A stretch of DNA of 32,000 bases from an uncultured Opitutales bacterium (GTDB taxonomy: Bacteria > Verrucomicrobiota > Verrucomicrobiia > Opitutales > Intestinicryptomonadaceae), in contig CAKTSY010000003.1 of the NCBI GenBank assembly GCA_934613415.1, forward strand, positions 120,001 to 152,000. Reading direction: 5' to 3'. Position 1 is the first letter of the stretch; each line of letters opens with the position of its first letter. The translations under genes and the position numbers were made by a program. Below the pieces are notes generated by a model. The model did not search any database and was not told the origin of the DNA. It saw nothing but the letters and a program-made list of their open reading frames with translations. This document shows positions 1 to 7,891 of the stretch, piece by piece.

Positions 1-264
1 CTTGGCGTTGTATAGGTCGTGTATAAGGGTTTGCGCCGCGCTTAACTCGCCGTCTTTTAAAAGCGTATTTAGCGCAACGTAAACCTTTACGCCAAACAAG
101 TGCGCATATTCGCAAAGGCTTTTTATTTCGGCAGTATCGTTTGCGGCGTTCTGCCTTGCCGAAAAGCTGTTTGCCCCTATGTAGACAGCGTCGGCGCCCG
201 CGTTTATTGCCGAACGCGCCACATCGCAATTCTTTGCGGGACTTAAAAGCTCTACAACCCTCAT
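1..264 (-). CDS. Peptidase U32 family protein, N-terminal fragment (gene runs off the left window edge)
   Basis: Manual minus-strand translation from the ATG at 264-262 gives MRVVELLSPAKNCDVARSAINAGADAVYIGANSFSARQNAANDTAEIK..., a typical U32 (collagenase-like) peptidase N-terminus. It is absent from the ORF track because the window edge truncates it. Confidence 0.6.
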   Translation of the reverse strand, partial: MRVVELLSPAKNCDVARSAINAGADAVYIGANSFSARQNAANDTAEIKSLCEYAHLFGVKVYVALNTLLKDGELSAAQTLIHDLYNAK

Positions 265-408
265 TGTTTCAAATAAAATTCAACTGAAAATATGCACTTA
301 ATTGGGAACACAATCAAGTATAATGCAAGGAGGTTTTTGCCGAACAAAAAAAATGTCTCGCAACAAAAGCCCAAGGGGCGTTTTATTTTAGCTTAAAAAA
401 ATTTTGCT

Positions 409-1161
409 ATGGAAATTTTCGGAATTTATCTAACCGTATTTCAGCTTTTTGCGCTTATGTTTAGCTCGCTATTGCTTGGAATGTCTAAAACGGGCATACA
501 GGGCATAAGCATAATCTCCATTCCCTTAATGGCGATGGCGTTCGGGGCAAAGGAATCTACAGGAGTTGTTTTGCCCATACTTTGTTTTGCCGACTTAATT
601 GCCGTAATATACTACAAGCGCGACTGCGTTTTTAAATATGTTGTAAGGCTTTTGCCTTCGGCTGTAGCGGGGTTTTTCCTTGCAATTGCGGTAGACAAAA
701 TTGTGCCCGAAAATATGTTCAAGGTTTTGCTTGCAATTTGCATACTTGGCGGCTTTGTGATTATGGCATTCGACAAAAAACTGACATCGCAAAATTCGTG
801 CGTAAACTCTTGGTGGTATGCGCCGCTTTTCGGCATATTGGGCGGGTTTTCCACAATGATAGGCAATGCGGCGGGCCCCGTTATGGCGGTGTATCTGCTT
901 AGTATGCACCTGCCTAAATTCGCCTTTGTGGGCACAAACGCCTGGTTCTTTTTATGCGTAAACTACCTAAAGCTGCCGCTGCAGGGCTTTGTGTGGAAAA
1001 ACATAACTTTGCAGACCCTTACAATAGACTGCTTGGGAATACCCGCCATATTTATCGGGGCAATTTTGGGAATTTACCTTACAAAGCTTTTGCCCGAAAA
1101 GGCGTACCGCAAATTCATAATTGCAGTTACCATAGTTTCTACACTTGCCCTTTTGTTCTAA
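409..1161 (+). CDS. TSUP family (TauE/SafE-like, DUF81) membrane permease
   Basis: The 250-aa polytopic hydrophobic protein has Gly-rich TM segments (LLLGMSKTGIQG..., GILGGFSTMIGNAAGPVMAVYLL) in the internal-repeat style of TauE/SafE anion exporters. Confidence 0.75.
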   Translation: MEIFGIYLTVFQLFALMFSSLLLGMSKTGIQGISIISIPLMAMAFGAKESTGVVLPILCFADLIAVIYYKRDCVFKYVVRLLPSAVAGFFLAIAVDKIVPENMFKVLLAICILGGFVIMAFDKKLTSQNSCVNSWWYAPLFGILGGFSTMIGNAAGPVMAVYLLSMHLPKFAFVGTNAWFFLCVNYLKLPLQGFVWKNITLQTLTIDCLGIPAIFIGAILGIYLTKLLPEKAYRKFIIAVTIVSTLALLF

Positions 1162-1206
1162 TTTTTTGTTTTACATTGTCCGATTAATGCAAATAAAGTG
1201 TTTGTT

Positions 1207-1905
1207 ATGAAAGCTTGCGAACTTTTTACATTTCCCGAATCGCTTAAAAATTTTTCGGAATTTTTCGACCAAAATGCGCAGCCATGGGAATGGTTGCCGA
1301 AAATTAAAGAGGCTTTAAACGCCGTAGACTTTGCCGCGCTTAAAGACGCAAAGGATCCGTCGGAAATCCCCCAAAACCTGCATATAGAGGGCAAAGTTTT
1401 TATACACAAAACCGCAAAGCTGCCGCATTTTGGCACAATTATTGGCCCCGCCTACATAGGGGCAAACACCGAGCTCAGGCCTTCGGTATACATAAGGGGC
1501 AACGTTATTGCGGGCGAAAACTGCGTGTTGGGCAACTCTTGCGAATTTAAAAACTGCATTGTTATGGACAACGCGCAAATACCCCACTTTAACTATGTGG
1601 GCGACTCTATTTTGGGCAACTTTTCGCACTTGGGCGCGGGCGTAATTTGCGCAAACCTAAAGCTAGACAAAAGCAATGTTTACGCCTACACCGAAAGCGG
1701 CAAAGTTCAAACAAACCTGCGCAAATTCGGCGCAATTTTGGCAGACAAAGCCGAATGCGGCTGCAACGCCGTTTTGCAACCCGGAACTATTTTGGCAAAA
1801 AAGGCAATTGTGCTTTCGGGCATAGCATTTTCGGGCTATTTGGAGGAAAACACAATGTATTACGAAAAGCCTGCCAACCCGCGCAAAGTAAGGAGAATGT
1901 GGTAG
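1207..1905 (+). CDS. Hexapeptide-repeat (left-handed beta-helix) transferase family protein, GlmU C-terminal-like
   Basis: Tandem imperfect hexapeptide repeats are visible (IGPAYIGANTELRPSVYIRGNVIAGENCVLGNSCEFKNCIVMDNAQIPHFNYVGDSILGNFSHLGAGV). The track ORF starts at GTG 1198, but ATG 1207 (MKACELF) is the more likely start. Confidence 0.6.
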   Translation: MKACELFTFPESLKNFSEFFDQNAQPWEWLPKIKEALNAVDFAALKDAKDPSEIPQNLHIEGKVFIHKTAKLPHFGTIIGPAYIGANTELRPSVYIRGNVIAGENCVLGNSCEFKNCIVMDNAQIPHFNYVGDSILGNFSHLGAGVICANLKLDKSNVYAYTESGKVQTNLRKFGAILADKAECGCNAVLQPGTILAKKAIVLSGIAFSGYLEENTMYYEKPANPRKVRRMW

Positions 1906-1906
1906 T

Positions 1907-2554
1907 ATGAAAACCGTTGCAATAGTTTTGGCAGGCTGCGGAGTTTTAGACGGCTCTGAAATTCACGAAGCCGTAATTACGCTAAACGCCGTAGAAAGCT
2001 GCGGGGCAAAAGCCGCCTTTTTTGCGCCCAATATAGAGCAGTTCGACGTTGTAGACCACAAAACGGGCAAACCCCTTTGTGAAAAGCGAAATGTTTTAAA
2101 GGAAAGCGCAAGAATTGCAAGAGGTGCCTGTACAGACCTTTCGGAATATTCGCCCGAAGATTTTAGCGCGCTTATATTTGTAGGCGGTTTTGGAGCTGCA
2201 AAAACGCTGTGCAACTTTGCGGTAAATGGCGAAAATTGCACGGTTAACCCCTGCGCTGCGGCAGCTATCGACAAAAATTTAAGCGCAAAAAAGCCCATCG
2301 GCTTTTTGTGCATTTCGCCCGTGATTGCGGCGCGCCATATTTCAAACGGCGTAAAAATTACTGTTGGCAACGACACTGCAACTGCAAAGGCAATTCAGGC
2401 AATGGGGGCAACCCACATAAACTGCGAAGTTTCGTCGTTCGTTTTCGACGAAAAATTCAACGTATATAGCACCCCCGCCTATATGCTTGCCCAAAACACA
2501 GTGCAGCTTGCAGCGGGCGTAAATGCAATGGTAAAGGCAATGCTAAACGCATAA
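1907..2554 (+). CDS. elbB: Isoprenoid biosynthesis glyoxalase ElbB (DJ-1/PfpI superfamily)
   Basis: The N-terminus MKTVAIVLAGCGVLDGSEIHEAVITL and the motifs FVGGFGAAK and GFLCISP are typical of ElbB. The start follows the upstream stop by 1 nt, with an AGGAG upstream. Confidence 0.8.
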   Translation: MKTVAIVLAGCGVLDGSEIHEAVITLNAVESCGAKAAFFAPNIEQFDVVDHKTGKPLCEKRNVLKESARIARGACTDLSEYSPEDFSALIFVGGFGAAKTLCNFAVNGENCTVNPCAAAAIDKNLSAKKPIGFLCISPVIAARHISNGVKITVGNDTATAKAIQAMGATHINCEVSSFVFDEKFNVYSTPAYMLAQNTVQLAAGVNAMVKAMLNA

Positions 2555-2581
2555 GAATAAATTTGCAAATACCCAAAACAA

Positions 2582-2617
2582 AAAGCTTTCCCTTAAAGAT
2601 TTTGGGAAAGCTTTTTT
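2582..2617. terminator. Bidirectional rho-independent terminator between elbB (+) and tonB (-)
   Basis: A perfect 11-bp stem (aaagctttccc at 2582-2592, gggaaagcttt at 2604-2614) is followed by a T-run on the plus strand and preceded by an A-rich run, which is T-rich for the minus strand. Confidence 0.65.
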
Positions 2618-2624
2618 ATTTTTG

Positions 2625-3443
2625 CTAAATTGATTCGAACACCAAGTTTATTGTTTGCGGCTGGTTGTTCGGCGGCGGGAAAGGCAGCCTTAGCCTTTTA
2701 AAGACTTCAACCACCGAATTGTCGAAAGGCGTAGACCCACTGGACCTTATAATCCTTACTCCGCTAATTACGCCGGCAGAAGAAACCTTAAATGCAATTT
2801 TTACGCTAAAGTTCATACCCGTGCATTCTACGGGCAAAGTCCATTTGCGCTTTGCTTCGGCCTTTATAGACTCTATATACGCCATAATCGCGTTTTCCAG
2901 TTTTACGCCGTCTATTGTAGCCGTTCCTATATTGGGGCTTTCGCGGTATTTGTCTATGTTGGTTCCGTAGTTTGTAATTTTTGGAACTTTAATGCCCCTC
3001 TTTTTTGCGGGCTTTTTGGGGGCGTCCTTTAGGGGGTTGTTTTTGCGGAAATCCTTTAAGCTTATTTTTTGCGGCGGCTGCTCTACTTTTTTAGGCTCGG
3101 TTTTTTTTGGCTTATCGGGCTTGGGCTTTTCCTTTTGGGGGTTGGGCATCGGGTCTGGATCCGGTTTCGGCTCAACCTTGGGCTCGGGCTCGGGAAGCTT
3201 TATAGGCTCTATTTCCTTTACCTTGGGCGTTTCTATTTGCTGGCTTTCGGGCTCGTCCATAGAGGCGTCTTCCAAAGTCTGCAGCTCGGGAGGAGGAGGC
3301 TCTACCATATCAAACACCAGCTTTTCCTGAACTTCCTCCTTAAAAAAGTCGCCCACATACATAGAAAGCACAAAGCAAAACAACGCAAACGCGTGCAACG
3401 ACAGCGATACGCCAAAGCCCCTGTTTGTATTGTCTTGAGACAT
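2625..3443 (-). CDS. tonB: TonB/TolA-like energy transducer
   Basis: It has an N-terminal TM anchor, a Pro/Glu/Lys-rich spacer (LPEPEPKVEPKPDPDPMPNPQKEKPKPDKPKK) and a C-terminal TonB_C-like domain. It lies directly downstream of exbB-exbD. Confidence 0.75.
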   Translation of the reverse strand: MSQDNTNRGFGVSLSLHAFALFCFVLSMYVGDFFKEEVQEKLVFDMVEPPPPELQTLEDASMDEPESQQIETPKVKEIEPIKLPEPEPKVEPKPDPDPMPNPQKEKPKPDKPKKTEPKKVEQPPQKISLKDFRKNNPLKDAPKKPAKKRGIKVPKITNYGTNIDKYRESPNIGTATIDGVKLENAIMAYIESIKAEAKRKWTLPVECTGMNFSVKIAFKVSSAGVISGVRIIRSSGSTPFDNSVVEVFKRLRLPFPPPNNQPQTINLVFESI

Positions 3444-3446
3444 TTC

Positions 3447-3866
3447 CTACTTAACCTCCGTATCGAGATTCAGCTTTTTTAGGTTGTGCTTTTTTATTGC
3501 GCTAATTACGTCCATAACCTTTTGGTATGGAAGTTTGCCGTCGCCCCTAAGGGTTATGGGGCTAGGCTCGGGCTCTAGCGAAAGCTTGCGCAGATATATA
3601 TTTAGCTGCTCTAGCGAAACTTTTTCGTCGCCCCAATAGATGTTTTCTTTTGCGTCTATGTTTATGACCTGAAATTTCACCTTGTCGTCGCGCGTAGAGT
3701 TGGGCATCTTTTCCTGCGTGGGCAGCTTAAGCTCTACGGTTTGCTCTAAAAGGGGCGTTGTAACCATAAAAATAATCAGCAACGAAAACGCCAAGTCCAT
3801 AAGTGGCGTTATGTTAAGCTCGGTTAAAGCCCCCAGCGACTCTTTTCTTTTAAAGGTTCTCGCCAT
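3447..3866 (-). CDS. exbD: Biopolymer transport protein ExbD/TolR
   Basis: This 139-aa protein has the typical ExbD N-terminus (LNITPLMDLAFSLLIIFMVTTP) and a periplasmic domain. It lies between the exbB and tonB homologues. Confidence 0.85.
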   Translation of the reverse strand: MARTFKRKESLGALTELNITPLMDLAFSLLIIFMVTTPLLEQTVELKLPTQEKMPNSTRDDKVKFQVINIDAKENIYWGDEKVSLEQLNIYLRKLSLEPEPSPITLRGDGKLPYQKVMDVISAIKKHNLKKLNLDTEVK

Positions 3867-3871
3867 AGATT

Positions 3872-4942
3872 TTAATCTTCAAAACTTCTTGGAGGAACGG
3901 GGCCCGAATTTTCGTCGGAGGCAAAATCAAAAACGTTTTGCGGCGGCGTTTGCGGTTTTGTAGGTTGCTCGCCGAAATTGGGCACTGCCGCCTGCTGCAT
4001 ATTTTGCTGAGAGCTTGGCTGAATGCCCTGCGGCATACTTTGGGGAACACTTTGGCGCACAACATTTTGCGGGTGCACAAACTGCTGTTGATACGGCTGT
4101 GTGTATTGCATTTGCGGTTTTGCAAAACCGCCCTGCGGCTGGCTGGCGGCAAACTGCCTTTCGCTTACATTGTAGGGATTGTTTTTGGGAGCCATTTGCG
4201 AAGCGTTTGCAGTTCTTCTTTTAAGCATGTCGCGCATGCGGCTTTCAAGCTCTATCTTGTCGGCAAGCGAGCTGGCAAAGTTTTCCAAATCGTTTACCAT
4301 GCTTTTAGAGCGACTAAGCAGGTAGTTGTAGCCGAAAACCGAAGGTATTGCCACAATAAGACCTGCAATTGTTGTAAGCAAAGCACCCGAAACACCTGGG
4401 GCCAACTGCTGCAGCGTTGCGCTTGCCTGAAGGCTCATAGACCCGAAGCTGTCCATAACACCCCAAACTGTACCCAACAAGCCCAAAAACGGCGCGCCGC
4501 TAATAATAGAGCCCAGCATAACCATCTTTTTTTCGTAGCGCATTGTCTGCACCGAAACGGCTCTTTGCAAAGCATTTTCAACCATGCCCATTCTCAATGT
4601 CAGGTTTTGTTCGCCCAAATCGCCGCCGTCGTACCTGCTCCAAGCCCCCACTGCCTCTCTAAGCAGCACGGCATAGGGGCCCGAAACTGTTTTGCCGAAA
4701 TTTACAACCGCATCTATAACCGACTTGCTTGCCTGCAACTTGCGCTCTGTTGCCATATTTTCGTCGGCCATCGTCTTTAAATCCATATACTTGCCTATCA
4801 TTATAGACCACGCCCAAATGCTGAAAATGATCAGCAAATAAATAATGGCTTTACCCGCTGCATTCGAGTCGGAAAAGTAAGTGAAAATACCGGGTTGCAC
4901 GGCGGCTTGCGCCAACAAATTGCATGTAAAAAGTGTAAGCAT
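3872..4942 (-). CDS. exbB: MotA/TolQ/ExbB proton-channel protein with a long Gln/Pro-rich C-terminal extension
   Basis: The core motif GAPFLGLLGTVWGVMDSF...LAPGVSGALLTTIAGLIVAIPSVFGYNYL is typical of the ExbB/TolQ family. About 110 further residues of Q/P-rich low-complexity sequence follow it. Confidence 0.85.
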   Translation of the reverse strand: MLTLFTCNLLAQAAVQPGIFTYFSDSNAAGKAIIYLLIIFSIWAWSIMIGKYMDLKTMADENMATERKLQASKSVIDAVVNFGKTVSGPYAVLLREAVGAWSRYDGGDLGEQNLTLRMGMVENALQRAVSVQTMRYEKKMVMLGSIISGAPFLGLLGTVWGVMDSFGSMSLQASATLQQLAPGVSGALLTTIAGLIVAIPSVFGYNYLLSRSKSMVNDLENFASSLADKIELESRMRDMLKRRTANASQMAPKNNPYNVSERQFAASQPQGGFAKPQMQYTQPYQQQFVHPQNVVRQSVPQSMPQGIQPSSQQNMQQAAVPNFGEQPTKPQTPPQNVFDFASDENSGPVPPRSFED

Positions 4943-5039
4943 ATGTAAAAATAAATTGACCTCTTAGAATATTTCCCTTTTGCGGGCAAAAATCGAGAAA
5001 ATTTTTAAGCAAAATTTCCGCATTTGCAATATATTGATT

Positions 5040-5061
5040 TGCATAAAGTTACATTTATGCA
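5040..5061. promoter_or_regulatory. Perfect palindrome TGCATAAA-N6-TTTATGCA upstream of exbB (candidate operator)
   Basis: The sequence tgcataaagttacatttatgca has 8-bp arms that are exact reverse complements. It lies about 100-120 nt upstream of the exbB start in the 174-nt intergenic gap. Confidence 0.3.
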
Positions 5062-5116
5062 AAAAGCACCGTCCATTTGGGGCAAAAACGGCGTTTTTAT
5101 ACGCAAAAAATGCTTT

Positions 5117-5863
5117 TTAGCGCAATGGCTTTTCCCTAATCCTGTTTAGCTGCTCCAGCAAAGATTTATATATTGGCGAATTTTTTTCGGATTCTAAAAG
5201 AATTTCGTTTAAGATTGCCTCGGCTTTGTGGATATTGCCGTTTTTTGCGTACAATTCTGCAAGGGCGCGTTGAGGGAAAACCATTGTCTTGTCTATCAAA
5301 ACCGCCCTTTCGTAGCAGGCTATGGCACTGTTTAAATCGCCCAGTTTTTTTTCGTACAATTCGGCAAGCTGTATCAGCAGCGTCCTATTGTCGGGAAAGC
5401 GCAACAACGCCTTTTTTAGATATTCTACCCCCTTTTTTGCCTGTATGCGCTCTATTCTTTTAAACTCGGCACTTTGCGGGGCAACGTGTTTTTCGTCGGC
5501 AATCCAATAGGGCATATCGTAGGCGGTAATTGCCGAAGCCATACTCCAAAAGCTTTTCATATTCGGGTTTAACGCCAATGCCAATTCCATATTTGCGGTG
5601 CATTTTGCAACGCTGCACCTTTCCCAATCGCCGTACGAAGCAATCCAGACAAAGTCGGCAAGAACCGCGCTATAGCCGCTTAGCACGCCAAAAAGCATTG
5701 TGCCCGAACTTTTAACCGCGCTTTTTTCGGCAACGGCAAAATCTTTGAATATGCCCGACTTTTGGCGCGCAAAATCCAAAAGCCCGCCTATGGTATACAG
5801 GGCAAAAGCAAAGGCAACATACGGCAAAAACGCCGTCTTAAAACTCTCTGTGCGACAGCGCAT
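5117..5863 (-). CDS. Membrane-anchored TPR-repeat protein
   Basis: The N-terminal half has hydrophobic segments (AFLPYVAFAFALYTIGGLL; MLFGVLSGYSAVLADFVWIA). The C-terminal half has TPR-like helices (GDLNSAIACYERAVLIDKT..., ALAELYAKNGNIHKAEAILNEIL). The start overlaps the 3' end of the upstream permease gene by 26 nt. Confidence 0.6.
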   Translation of the reverse strand: MRCRTESFKTAFLPYVAFAFALYTIGGLLDFARQKSGIFKDFAVAEKSAVKSSGTMLFGVLSGYSAVLADFVWIASYGDWERCSVAKCTANMELALALNPNMKSFWSMASAITAYDMPYWIADEKHVAPQSAEFKRIERIQAKKGVEYLKKALLRFPDNRTLLIQLAELYEKKLGDLNSAIACYERAVLIDKTMVFPQRALAELYAKNGNIHKAEAILNEILLESEKNSPIYKSLLEQLNRIREKPLR

Positions 5864-6629
5864 AAGCCGAAATTGCCCCGAAAACTACAATGTATATTGC
5901 AGAATAGCCCAGCATAAACAACACTGCGCCAAAATTTATTTCGCCAAACAAAAAGTTTCTGGAAATGTCGAAAACCGAAAGGTCTGGGAAAGCCGCCAAC
6001 GCCGTTTTTAAAACAACATTGTCGAGAGCTACAACCGAACCTTTTAGCAAGCAAACCGCATATGCGCAAAACGACATTACCATTGAAAACATAAGGCTTT
6101 TAGACAATACCGCCAACAACCCCGCCATTGCGCAAACGGAGCATAATTTTGCCCACTGCGCAAAAAAATACGCAAAAAGCCCGCAAACGTTAAGCTGCAG
6201 CTTGCCTCCGCTTAAAAGCTCGGCCGGAATATCTTTAAGCGACTGTTGCGCGTAAAGCAGTTCGGCGCACGAAACCAGCGAGATTATAAAAAGGTATACG
6301 CCTATCAAAAACGCCGCGCCTATGAATTTGCCAAAAACAAACTGTGCATACGAAACGGGTTTGGAAATAATCATATAAACGCTTTTTGTATCGAATTCGG
6401 AATATAGCGACTGGCATATTACCAATATTGCAATAATTGCGCCGAAAAAGCCTGCGGCTCCGTCGGCAAAGTCTGCAATAAAGCGCATTTTGCCCTCGCC
6501 TAAATCTATGTTCGACATATAAAACGAAAGCGCGGTAAGCAGCACCGCAACAAACGCAAACAAAAGCAAAATTTTCTGCCTTATGGCGTCTTTAAACGAA
6601 TTTTCGGCTATTGCAAAAATCTTGTTCAT
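5838..6629 (-). CDS. ABC-2 type transporter permease
   Basis: This 263-aa six-TM-like hydrophobic protein starts 4 nt inside the end of the ABC ATPase gene. The N-terminus MNKIFAIAENSFKDAIRQKILL is typical of ABC-2/NosY-like permeases. Confidence 0.65.
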   Translation of the reverse strand: MNKIFAIAENSFKDAIRQKILLLFAFVAVLLTALSFYMSNIDLGEGKMRFIADFADGAAGFFGAIIAILVICQSLYSEFDTKSVYMIISKPVSYAQFVFGKFIGAAFLIGVYLFIISLVSCAELLYAQQSLKDIPAELLSGGKLQLNVCGLFAYFFAQWAKLCSVCAMAGLLAVLSKSLMFSMVMSFCAYAVCLLKGSVVALDNVVLKTALAAFPDLSVFDISRNFLFGEINFGAVLFMLGYSAIYIVVFGAISAYALSHREF

Positions 6630-7459
6630 TGGCGCGAAATCCTTTCAAAATAGCTGCCTAAACTTTCGCGCGATTCGCCGAAAGAAGCAACCTTGCAACC
6701 CTGTTTTTCGGCAAAGTCTTTAACGCAAAGCGCGGTTTCTTTTGTGGAATTTAACAAATCCAAAGTGTAGGCGTTTTCGCGCTTAAGCAATTCGCCTAGC
6801 GCGCCCTTTGCCCTTACCTGCGAATGCGCCATTAAAACAACTCCGTCGCACAGTTTTTCGACATCGCCCATTTGGTGCGAGCTAAGCAGCACCGTTTTGC
6901 CCGAATCGCGCAAATCCAATATAATTCGGCGCATATCCGCCGCCCCAATCGGGTCTAGCCCCGAAGCCGGCTCGTCTAGCACAACCAAGCGGGGCGAATG
7001 TATTATAGCCTGCGCTATTGCAACCCTTTGCAACATACCCTTAGAATATTCCCTAAGCGGACGGTTTGCGTCGTTTGCAAGCCCCACTTTGTCGAGAATT
7101 TCAACCGCTTTTTGCGCCGCTTTAGATTTCGAAATTCCGCAAAGCTTTGCGTAAAAAATCAGCGTTTCGTACGCGTTTAAAAATCCGTAAAACGAAAGCG
7201 TTTCGGGTAAATACCCTATTTGAGATTTGTTTTTTTGCGCAAGCGGCTCGCCGAAAATTTTAAAAGAGCCGCCGCTTTTGCGTATAAGCCCCGTTAATAT
7301 TTTTATCGTGGTGCTTTTGCCCGCGCCATTTGCGCCTATTATGCCGAAAATCGAGTTTTCTGGAACCGAAAACGTGGCGTCTTTAAGCGCGCATATCAAA
7401 CGCCCCCTTATGCGCGAGCGGTAGTATTTGCTTAGGCCTTCAACGTCTACGGCGTTCAT
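6626..7459 (-). CDS. ABC transporter ATP-binding protein
   Basis: It carries Walker A GANGAGKST, the signature-like YSKGMLQRVAIAQA, Walker B LVVLDEPASGLD and an H-loop SSHQM. Confidence 0.9.
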   Translation of the reverse strand: MNAVDVEGLSKYYRSRIRGRLICALKDATFSVPENSIFGIIGANGAGKSTTIKILTGLIRKSGGSFKIFGEPLAQKNKSQIGYLPETLSFYGFLNAYETLIFYAKLCGISKSKAAQKAVEILDKVGLANDANRPLREYSKGMLQRVAIAQAIIHSPRLVVLDEPASGLDPIGAADMRRIILDLRDSGKTVLLSSHQMGDVEKLCDGVVLMAHSQVRAKGALGELLKRENAYTLDLLNSTKETALCVKDFAEKQGCKVASFGESRESLGSYFERISRQ

Positions 7460-7746
7460 CGTATGTCGAATGATTTGTACGGATTTTCACCGATAGAATC
7501 GCTTTCGTCGGCATTGCGGATAAAGGGCGACAGCGATTTTTTAACCTCGGCAACAAAAGCCTGCACTTCGTTTTTTTCGCCGGCTACCGCCAAACGCACC
7601 GAGCCGTCGGGCAAATTCTGCACAAAGCCCGAAACTTCGAACCCTGCAGCAAGCCTAAAGCACTTAAACCTAAAGCCCACGCCCTGAACGTGTCCCGTAA
7701 AAATTATGTCGGCAATATACGCCGCGTTGTTGGCATTTGTGTCCAT
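7456..7746 (-). CDS. acyP: Acylphosphatase
   Basis: This 96-aa protein has the acylphosphatase signature GHVQGVGFR and GFVQNLPDGSV. Its stop overlaps the ABC ATPase start by 4 nt. Confidence 0.85.
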   Translation of the reverse strand: MDTNANNAAYIADIIFTGHVQGVGFRFKCFRLAAGFEVSGFVQNLPDGSVRLAVAGEKNEVQAFVAEVKKSLSPFIRNADESDSIGENPYKSFDIR

Positions 7747-7891
7747 ATCGTTTATATTTTATCGACAGTAAACAGTTTAAAGGCTTCTTTAGCAACAATA
7801 AATTTTTTTTGGGCGCGCAAAAGGCGAACTATATGCGTAAAAGGTTTAAATTTTTGTTGAAGATAAAATCCGTATAGTCTTAAATAAAGAG

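Noticed and set aside
2992-3482. Plus-strand ORFs rich in Gly/Ser/Leu/Phe (112 and 137 aa).
   Set aside because: They mirror the Pro/Glu/Lys-rich linker of tonB on the opposite strand. This is low complexity generated by the antisense of a repeat region.
3938-4780. A 280-aa plus-strand ORF, with neighbours at 3850-4152 and 4015-4224, overlapping exbB.
   Set aside because: It is antisense to a clearly recognisable MotA/ExbB gene. The R/L/H/C-rich composition without motifs is typical of a shadow ORF.
7747-7891. A riboswitch (purine or ZTP/pfl) upstream of purL.
   Set aside because: The 145-nt divergent intergenic region is AT-rich. It lacks the conserved G/C-rich cores I associate with ZTP or purine riboswitches.
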